This document shows, piece by piece, positions 1 through 6,342 of a stretch of 33,234 nt of DNA (positions are counted from its first letter, which is position 1; each line of letters starts with the position of its first letter). The DNA lies in NCBI GenBank assembly GCA_039796495.1, contig JBDKJQ010000066.1, positions 1 through 33,234 on the forward strand. Reading direction: 5' to 3'. Below the pieces are notes generated by a model. That model did not search any database. It was given only the letters and a program-made list of their open reading frames with translations, and was not told the DNA's origin. Source of the DNA: an archaeon. GTDB lineage: Archaea; Nanobdellota; Nanobdellia; Pacearchaeales; GW2011-AR1. A program made the translations under genes and the position numbers.

Positions 1-128
1 GGCTTCCTCCAAATTTCAGCAATCCGATATACAAAGATTTAGGAGTTGATTTCCCCGATAAACTGTCATTACAAACAAAAAACCCTGTCAGCTATGCGAT
101 AAAAAAATATTTCATGCTGAGGAAATGA

Positions 129-1562
129 TTAACTCAACAGTTTTTTGAGGATCTCACTTGCATCTTTCCCGTTAATTTTTCCTTTGAATTTTTCCATCAC
201 AAGTCCCATATATCCTCCGATTGAAAGTCCGGGTTTGTCTTTGACAAGTTTCGCAATCTCTCCTTCAACATCCCCAAGATCAGCTTTTTCAATGCGTATA
301 GCTTCCTCAAATTTCTTTCCATGAGCTATTTTTTCCATTGTCTGTTTTATGTCGACTCGTGCGATCCTGCCCTTCTGGACAGCATCAAGAATGCTTTCAA
401 GAATATCCAGCGTTAACAAATCCTTAACTTCTTCAGTGCTTTTCTTCTCTCGTGCTGCAATCTCCTTCGGCAGTTCGATCAGCATTTTATAAACTAATTT
501 TGGTTCAGAAATAATTTTCAAAAACGCCTCAAACTCTTCCAATAAATCTTCTCCTAGTAAAATTCGTGCTTCATCTTCAGTCAGTCCTTTTTTCACCAGT
601 TCTTTTTTCTTCTCGCTGCGCAGTTGCGGAAGTGTTTTTTTTGCTTCATTGAGTATGTCGCGTGAAATTTTTAATAGTGGCAGATCAGTCTCTGGATACA
701 TACGCGCAGCACCGGGCATCGGGCGCAAAAATTCTGTTTCACCACTCATCAAAGCATTACGTACTTCCGACTGTATTTTCTTTTCAGTAATATTTTTTTT
801 CTGCCTTTCAGTCTCTTTCGCAATAACTGCAGTAAACATTTTCACATCCTGAAATCCTTTGATCTCAACCCGGTCATGTCCCGGAATAGAAATATTAATG
901 TCCTGCCGAATCGTGCCAATCCCTCGTTTGACTTTGCAGCTTCGCAACACATCCCCAATAAAAAGCGCAACTTCTTTGCATTGCTCAGCAGAGGTTATAT
1001 CAGGATACGTACCGATTTCAATAAGAGGGATTCCTAATCGATCCAATCGAAATGTTTTAGTGTTATTCTTATCATCAACAATGCGCGCAGCATCTTCTTC
1101 CAGCGAGACATTTTCTATGCGGACTTTTCCGTGAGGAGTATCCACCCAGCCATTACGTGCAATCAAAACAGTCCGTTGAAATCCCGACGTATTTGATCCG
1201 TCAATCACCGTTTTCCGCATGATCTGCGTTATCGGCAGGATCTCACAGTGCAGCAGCAAAGAAACATGCAATGCAATCTGCAATGCTTCCTCATTAATGA
1301 CATGCGGTGGCTCTTCATCCAACTCAACTAAACAGGTCGTATCATACACCTGGTATGAAAATTCTTTGTCGCGAGAAGCTTCGTGCTGTGCAGCTTTGTC
1401 AACTTCGCCTGACTCTCCTGCAACAGCATGCAATTTTCGCCTCACTTCAAATGCAGGCTCATCATTGCGCAAGACAGAAGGACAGTGACAAAATAATTTA
1501 TGAGTATCAAGCTGCTGATGAATCTCCAGACCTGATTTTATCGTAACATTTTTTTCAGCCAT
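129..1562 (-). CDS. gatE: Glu-tRNA(Gln) amidotransferase subunit E (GatE), short form
   Basis: 477-aa ORF with GatE-type motifs SGLEIHQQLDTHKLFCHC, LVELDEEPP, DGSNTSGFQRT, GTIRQDINISI, RPMPGAARMYPETDLP and a YqeY-like tail. GatD is also in this window. TATA-like box 24 nt upstream of the ATG. Confidence 0.85.
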   Translation of the reverse strand: MAEKNVTIKSGLEIHQQLDTHKLFCHCPSVLRNDEPAFEVRRKLHAVAGESGEVDKAAQHEASRDKEFSYQVYDTTCLVELDEEPPHVINEEALQIALHVSLLLHCEILPITQIMRKTVIDGSNTSGFQRTVLIARNGWVDTPHGKVRIENVSLEEDAARIVDDKNNTKTFRLDRLGIPLIEIGTYPDITSAEQCKEVALFIGDVLRSCKVKRGIGTIRQDINISIPGHDRVEIKGFQDVKMFTAVIAKETERQKKNITEKKIQSEVRNALMSGETEFLRPMPGAARMYPETDLPLLKISRDILNEAKKTLPQLRSEKKKELVKKGLTEDEARILLGEDLLEEFEAFLKIISEPKLVYKMLIELPKEIAAREKKSTEEVKDLLTLDILESILDAVQKGRIARVDIKQTMEKIAHGKKFEEAIRIEKADLGDVEGEIAKLVKDKPGLSIGGYMGLVMEKFKGKINGKDASEILKKLLS

Positions 1563-1580
1563 GAAAAATAAAGAAAAAAG

Positions 1581-1590
1581 ATTATTTAAG
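1581..1590 (-). promoter_or_regulatory. TATA-like box for gatE (minus-strand CTTAAATAAT)
   Basis: A/T box centred about 24 nt upstream of the ATG at 1562. The same spacing recurs at most genes in the window. Confidence 0.45.
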
Positions 1591-1598
1591 GTTTGGGA

Positions 1599-2540
1599 TT
1601 ATTTATGGCCGTTATGAGTTCGCGCGGTTTCTTTTTGATATCCATCACTATTTCTGCTTCCATCATATTTTAACTTTTTGAGAGAGCTATCCCAGATGCA
1701 AGTAAATTCTTCTATTAATTGTCCTCTGCTTCCTGGATGCTGTTTGAACATAGGATGTTCTCTTGCAGAATAAGTAAGAATTTTTTCAAATCCCATTCTC
1801 TCAGCGACTTCCTCTGCTATTCTCATGCACGCCATGCCAAATTTAACTCCTTCTGGAAACTGGGCGTTTCTACAAGACTGCATTTGTGAAACAAGCATTT
1901 CGTTATTTTGAGCCCAAAAGCCAACAACTGCAACAAGATTATCTTCCCCTCGATGTTCCGGGTGTTCTTTGTATATCTCAATTAAAAAAGGAGAGTCAGA
2001 TCGTATTCCTCCTCCTAAAACTCCTCCACTTACAATGGTACCTATCCCAAAATGAGCTCCGATTTTATATCCCTTTAGGTTAGTTGTTCCGCTTCCGTTT
2101 TCTTTTTGGATGATAATCCTTCCGGGTTCTTTTCCCAATACTTGTAAAAATCGTTCAGGATGTTGGGCCATTTTTTCCAATTTACCTGCAATCTGAGCAT
2201 TATTATTCATACTTAGCGCGTAATCAGTTACTAATCCTTCAGTAAGATGATAAGGAGATTCCACTAATGGTACAAGAGATAATGCATTCATATGTGGATT
2301 TTCTCTTAACGGATCGGTTATTCTTCCTTCTCTTGGCCGGCAGAAAAAATAAGGATCTTTCCAATCGTAGGTTGTTGATACCATATCCTCTCCTGAAATA
2401 TACCACATCTCTTCGAGATCCTTTTTTGCAACAATTGTTCTATCTTCCAGTACTGCTGGGAATACTTGTGAATAGATATATTCTCTCAGCTCATGAAATC
2501 TTCCTTCACATTTCACTACTCTGCCTTTATCCTTTGTCAT
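1599..2540 (-). CDS. hypothetical protein
   Basis: 313-aa ORF with no overlapping competitor of similar length. TATA-like box (2562..2569) about 25 nt upstream of the ATG. I recognise no family motif. Confidence 0.6.
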   Translation of the reverse strand: MTKDKGRVVKCEGRFHELREYIYSQVFPAVLEDRTIVAKKDLEEMWYISGEDMVSTTYDWKDPYFFCRPREGRITDPLRENPHMNALSLVPLVESPYHLTEGLVTDYALSMNNNAQIAGKLEKMAQHPERFLQVLGKEPGRIIIQKENGSGTTNLKGYKIGAHFGIGTIVSGGVLGGGIRSDSPFLIEIYKEHPEHRGEDNLVAVVGFWAQNNEMLVSQMQSCRNAQFPEGVKFGMACMRIAEEVAERMGFEKILTYSAREHPMFKQHPGSRGQLIEEFTCIWDSSLKKLKYDGSRNSDGYQKETARTHNGHK

Positions 2541-2615
2541 AAAGTTCTTAGTAAAATATCTTTTTTAAACCTTTCTATTTTAACCACTTTATAGTTATAA
2601 CTAATGTTCCCCATT

Positions 2616-3545
2616 TCATTTTCTTTTTCCAAACCACTCCCACATTTTCCTTAATCCCTCCTCAAGAGATGTTGTAGGATTCCAGTCAAGTTCTTTGCGT
2701 GCAAGAGAAGTATCAAGCACAATATCTCGAACCTCTCCTTTGATGGCTTCATCATGCTTAAACAGTATCTCTCGCTCTGAAATTTTTTTGAGCAATTCAC
2801 ACACCTCATTCACTGAAACCTGTTTTCCATTCGCAAGATGAAAGAGTTGATGTTCAGTTTTTCCTAACTTCTGCAAACAAGCAACAATAAAATCAGCAAT
2901 ATCTTCAACATAAATAAAATCCCGTGTCTGATTGCCGTCACCAAAAATGATCGGCGTTTCTCCCTTCATAATTTGAGAAATAAAAAATGGAACAAGCCGG
3001 CCTGATTTAGCAAGATCGCGTGGACCATATACATTCCCAAAACAAAAAATAAAATAATCCATACCATGCAGGCGAGAATACATTTCAACATAATGCTCTG
3101 CCGTATGTTTTGAAATGCCATAGGGCGATAAAGGACGAAGAGGATGTTTTTCATCAACCGGGAGATAATCAGGTTCACCAACACGTGCGCCACCAGTCGA
3201 GGTATAAATTATATTTTTCACATTATTTTTTCTACATGCCTCTAAAACAGAAATAGTGCCAAGAATATTCACCCGTGCATCTTCCACAGGGTTTTCAATT
3301 GATTTCCGAAGCAATGAATTTGCCGCGCAATGAATCACAAGTTCTGGTTTTTCCTCCAAAAAAATTTCATTCAATTTTTCTTCATCGCAAATATCTGCAT
3401 GATAATAAATTGCCCTTGCATTTTCATTCTCCTTTTTTCCCAACGAATAATAGTCAACAACAGAAACGCTCTCTCCTCGCTCAATAAGTTTGTCAACAAT
3501 CCAGCTGCCGATAAATCCTGCGCCACCCGTCACTAAAATTTTCAT
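2616..3545 (-). CDS. NAD-dependent epimerase/dehydratase (UDP-glucose 4-epimerase-like SDR)
   Basis: N-terminal Rossmann motif VTGGAGFIGSWIV, catalytic YxxxK (YGISKHTAE), and an extended-SDR length of 309 aa. Confidence 0.9.
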   Translation of the reverse strand: MKILVTGGAGFIGSWIVDKLIERGESVSVVDYYSLGKKENENARAIYYHADICDEEKLNEIFLEEKPELVIHCAANSLLRKSIENPVEDARVNILGTISVLEACRKNNVKNIIYTSTGGARVGEPDYLPVDEKHPLRPLSPYGISKHTAEHYVEMYSRLHGMDYFIFCFGNVYGPRDLAKSGRLVPFFISQIMKGETPIIFGDGNQTRDFIYVEDIADFIVACLQKLGKTEHQLFHLANGKQVSVNEVCELLKKISEREILFKHDEAIKGEVRDIVLDTSLARKELDWNPTTSLEEGLRKMWEWFGKRK

Positions 3546-3759
3546 AGGTAAAAAACAGAAAAATAGTTTTAATAGTTTTGTGTGATAGAAATGTATCGCC
3601 GAGACCCCAGACTCAAATTAGGAAATAATTTTTGGACACGATAACCCTGAGGCTTTTTTATTTTCTGAATATAAAAATTTGCTAAATATTGAATAGCTGC
3701 GGGGAGAAGACAGTACAGCTAATAATAGTATAATTATCAAGTAGCAACAAATAGAAATA

Positions 3760-3767
3760 TTTATAAA
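3760..3767 (+). promoter_or_regulatory. TATA-like box (TTTATAAA) for the DGR target gene
   Basis: Centred about 25 nt upstream of the ATG at 3789, consistent with a leaderless or near-leaderless archaeal mRNA. Confidence 0.5.
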
Positions 3768-3788
3768 CCTCACCTTTCTTAGAAAAGT

Positions 3789-4640
3789 ATGACATTAGAC
3801 CTAAATGAAGTTCAAGCGTATAGAGATTTTCGTACTGACGAGACTCCAAGATATATAGATCAGATGCCGCTGTTGCTTTCTGGAAAAAATCTCGATGGAA
3901 ACGTTATTGATGTTCCGCGCATTCCGGTGCAGGTTGCTCATATTTTTGAGCGAAGAATTCATTCTCAAAAGCCTGATTGGATGAACAATTGGTTTGATAC
4001 GGTAGATGGTATTGTTCTTCCTGCGAAAGGCGCATATGCAGAAGGAAAGTTTAAGATACGAAAGAATTCTGATTCGTTACGGGCAGTTACTCCTGCAAGT
4101 GCTGACACGCTCATCAAGGGTGGAATTGTTCATGATTCTTACGAAACAGTTCACGGTGTTGAGTTTATTGTAGATAAGGATATAATTGTAAATAGAGATA
4201 TGACTAAGGACGAGGCATTGAATAATCCTGCCTTGCTTGAAGTTCTTGGCGGAGATGGAAGTTTTAGGGATGCTGTCGTAGATAAAATATTTTATGAAGG
4301 TAAAAAGCAATTTAATTATGATACAATGATGGGAATATATCTACCATCGCAGTTAAAACAAGCACATGAACGGGCGTTCGTCGTCGACGGGCTTGACAAT
4401 TGGTCAGGGCTGGGGGGCAGGGACGATCTCCATGGCGGCTTTGGTCGTTTGGTCGGGTATAGAGCGCCGGAGGCGCCTTGTTTGAAATCCAGTGAAGCTG
4501 GCGCAAAAAATTTTGCAAAAGAAATAACCGTGCGTACATTGTTAGAAGAAACAAACCAAACATCTGCATATGCTCCTGATCAAATAACAAAATTACAGAA
4601 TATTCTTGAACAAAAAGGATACACTCTTTCACGAAAATAG
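3789..4640 (+). CDS. DGR variable (target) protein; the C-terminal region contains the VR
   Basis: 283-aa ORF. Codons for ...RAFVVDGLDNWSGLGGRDDLHGGFGRLVGY... (4371..4460) correspond to the VR. The G-x-R-L-V ending resembles the conserved end of C-type-lectin/FGE-like DGR variable domains. No N-terminal signal peptide or TM segment is visible. Confidence 0.85.
   Translation: MTLDLNEVQAYRDFRTDETPRYIDQMPLLLSGKNLDGNVIDVPRIPVQVAHIFERRIHSQKPDWMNNWFDTVDGIVLPAKGAYAEGKFKIRKNSDSLRAVTPASADTLIKGGIVHDSYETVHGVEFIVDKDIIVNRDMTKDEALNNPALLEVLGGDGSFRDAVVDKIFYEGKKQFNYDTMMGIYLPSQLKQAHERAFVVDGLDNWSGLGGRDDLHGGFGRLVGYRAPEAPCLKSSEAGAKNFAKEITVRTLLEETNQTSAYAPDQITKLQNILEQKGYTLSRK
4372..4459 (+). repeat. DGR variable repeat (VR)
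   Basis: 88 nt, 73/88 identical to 4814..4901 at a constant offset of +442. All 15 mismatches lie opposite adenines in the downstream copy. Confidence 0.9.
4464..4476 (+). promoter_or_regulatory. GC-rich hairpin just 3' of the VR (GCGCC-GGA-GGCGC), candidate DGR target-recognition element
   Basis: Perfect 5-bp G/C stem with a 3-nt loop, starting 5 nt after the end of VR/TR homology. It is absent after the TR. The position matches the hairpin/cruciform elements described downstream of VRs in characterised DGRs. Confidence 0.5.
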
Positions 4641-4646
4641 ATAGCT

Positions 4647-4654
4647 TTTTAAAA
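4647..4654 (+). promoter_or_regulatory. Candidate TATA box (TTTTAAAA) for the TR-RT transcript
   Basis: A/T box immediately after the target-gene stop codon. No other TATA-like element sits at canonical spacing from the RT ATG. Confidence 0.35.
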
Positions 4655-4813
4655 TTCTATAGATAATTTTATTTGTCCTAGCTAACTGTGCAACAAGGAT
4701 GCATGGGGCAGACTAGGCTACATGCTGTTTTGCTACGGCTTTACGAGTCATAAAATACAGCTTCAACAGCTATGAAGAAGCAGTGCGTTGGAAAAAGGCA
4801 GAACAGCTACTCT

Positions 4814-4901
4814 GGGCGTTCATCGTCAACAGGCTTGACAATAGGTCAAGGCTGGAGGGCAGGAACAATCTCCATAACGACAATGGTCGTTTGGTCGAAT
4901 A
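4814..4901 (+). repeat. DGR template repeat (TR)
   Basis: Non-coding copy of the VR that ends 21 nt upstream of the RT ATG. It has 25 adenines; 15 of them differ in the VR (12 A->G, 3 A->T). Read in the VR frame it contains six AAC/AAT codons. Confidence 0.9.
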
Positions 4902-4922
4902 GAATAGTCTGCCGTTAGGATT

Positions 4923-5465
4923 ATGATGTATGAAAAATTATGCTCGCATGAAAATCTTTTAACAGCATTTGAAAAATCAAGCAAAGGAAAAACAAAAAAG
5001 CCCTATGTTATTGCATTTAAGAAAAAACTTAAGGAAAATTTGCTTAAACTTCAAGAAGAATTGAGAAACCAAACTTACAAGCCACGGCCCCTTAAAACGT
5101 TCATTGTAAGTGAGCCAAAAACGAGAAAAATATCAAAATCTAAATATCGAGACAGAGTCATTCATCATGCTTTAATAAATATCATCAGACCTGTTTTTGA
5201 GCCAACATTTATTTATGATTCATTTGCTAATCAAGTTGGTAAAGGCACGCTGAAAGCTATTAACAGATTTCATTACTTTAAACGAAAAGTTTCAAGAAAC
5301 AATACAATTCCTTGCTATATTCTAAAAGCAGATATTAAACATTATTTTCAAGAGATAAATCACGAAATTTTACTAAAAATTTTAAAAGAAAAGATATCTG
5401 ACGAAAGAGTCATCATGCTTATCAAACAAATTTTATCCAATTCGTCCTCTGATGGGGGGGGGTGA
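4923..5465 (+). CDS. DGR reverse transcriptase, N-terminal segment (frame 0, ends at TGA after the G9 tract)
   Basis: RT fingers motifs: PRPLKTFIVSEPKTRKIS, YRDRVIHHAL, ILKADIKHYFQEINHE (catalytic Asp, motif 3/A). Confidence 0.85.
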   Translation: MMYEKLCSHENLLTAFEKSSKGKTKKPYVIAFKKKLKENLLKLQEELRNQTYKPRPLKTFIVSEPKTRKISKSKYRDRVIHHALINIIRPVFEPTFIYDSFANQVGKGTLKAINRFHYFKRKVSRNNTIPCYILKADIKHYFQEINHEILLKILKEKISDERVIMLIKQILSNSSSDGGG

Positions 5466-6342
5466 ATGCCTTCGAGGAATGCCTCTGGGAAACTATACCT
5501 CACAATGGTTTGCTAATATTTATCTTGGCAAGTTGGACAAATTTGTAAAACATTATCTGAGAGCAAAATATTACATTCGTTATGTGGATGATTTTGTCAT
5601 TTTTTCTTATTCAAAAATAGAATTGGAGCAATGGAAAAATGAGATTAGTCAATTTTTAGAAAAAGAACTTTTGCTTTCGCTTCATCCTGATAAATCTCGG
5701 ATAATACCATTAAATAAAGGCATTCATTTTTTAGGATTAAGAATTTTTTATTATCACTCATTAATCAGAGAGAGTAACAAAAGAAATTTTGAACGCAGAT
5801 TCAAAGAGTTGAAAATTTTGTATAGAGAAGATAGGATACCTAGAGAAAAGGTGGTCGAAAGTCTCGAGGGCTGGCTTACTTTTGCAAAACATGCAAATTC
5901 TTACAAATATTGCAGAGAATTATTGAGAAATTTTAACAAAAGCTTTCCAATAAGGCATAAGAATGAAATAATAAGGACAAAGAAAATAAAAAACTTTTTT
6001 AGAAAAGTATATGCAAGTAAGGTAGACTTCAGTTTGCAAAAAACATTATTTTTATTTCATAAAAAATTAACTTATGAGCAAATTGCCGATAAGCGTTCTA
6101 TCAAACAGGGAACTGTTTGGAAACATTTTTCTGATTTAATTGAGTATGGGCAGCTTTCAGTGTGGAGTGTAGTAGCAAAGAGGAAGATAATCAGAGTACT
6201 GTCGAAAATAAAAAATGTTCAGGAGCCGCTTAAGCAGATAAAGGAAAGGATACATGATAAAACTATTTCTTATGATGAAATTAATTGTGTAAAATCTCAC
6301 TTAAAAATGAAAGATAAAATTAAAAATATAGTCAAGAGTTAA
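5452..6342 (+). CDS. DGR reverse transcriptase, C-terminal segment (+1 frame) with C-terminal HTH-like extension
   Basis: Motif 4 LGNYTSQWFANIYL (DGR-typical SQxFAN, 5500..5517), catalytic YVDD (5581..5592), LHPDKS, GIHFLGLRI. The C-terminal ~90 aa (6043..6303) look like a helix-turn-helix domain. The ATG at 5452 is probably not a real start. Confidence 0.85.
   Translation: MGGGECLRGMPLGNYTSQWFANIYLGKLDKFVKHYLRAKYYIRYVDDFVIFSYSKIELEQWKNEISQFLEKELLLSLHPDKSRIIPLNKGIHFLGLRIFYYHSLIRESNKRNFERRFKELKILYREDRIPREKVVESLEGWLTFAKHANSYKYCRELLRNFNKSFPIRHKNEIIRTKKIKNFFRKVYASKVDFSLQKTLFLFHKKLTYEQIADKRSIKQGTVWKHFSDLIEYGQLSVWSVVAKRKIIRVLSKIKNVQEPLKQIKERIHDKTISYDEINCVKSHLKMKDKIKNIVKS
5454..5462 (+). repeat. 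G9 homopolymer at the RT frameshift site
   Basis: gat ggg ggg ggg tga. Removing one G, or a +1 ribosomal slip, joins 4923..5465 to the 5452..6342 frame and gives one RT of about 472 aa. Confidence 0.95.

Larger units (their letters stand above)
4641..4922 (+). ncRNA. Non-coding TR-containing template RNA region (boundaries uncertain)
   Basis: 282-nt non-coding gap between the target gene and the RT, containing the TR. A TATA-like box at 4647..4654 would place a transcription start near 4675. It probably continues into the RT mRNA. Confidence 0.5.
3789..6342 (+). mobile_element. Diversity-generating retroelement cassette: target gene (VR) - TR - reverse transcriptase
   Basis: VR/TR pair with adenine-only mismatches plus an adjacent RT with a DGR-type motif 4. 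See the component features. Confidence 0.9.

Noticed and set aside
1-128. Possible 3' end of a + strand gene at the window edge (frame 1 stops at 40..42)
   Set aside because: Only 13 codons are visible, with no motif, so it cannot be supported.
3590-3665. Possible C/D-box sRNA or other small RNA in the 243-nt gap upstream of the DGR target (CTGA near a T-run at ~3650)
   Set aside because: No acceptable C box (RUGAUGA) or C'/D' pair is present, and the only support is a CUGA tetramer plus a T-run.
4772-4918. 48-aa ORF (MKKQCVGKRQNSYSGRSS...) spanning the TR, considered as a possible small accessory (Avd-like) gene
   Set aside because: It reads the TR in a different frame from the VR. It is Ser/Gly/Thr-rich with no helical-bundle character, is far shorter than Avd proteins, and has no promoter or SD. 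It is most likely a chance ORF in the template RNA.
5452-5454. ATG at 5452 as an independent start of a second gene
   Set aside because: The N-terminal RT motifs are only in 4923..5465 and the catalytic motifs only in 5452..6342. Neither piece is a functional RT alone, so this is one gene interrupted at the G9 tract.
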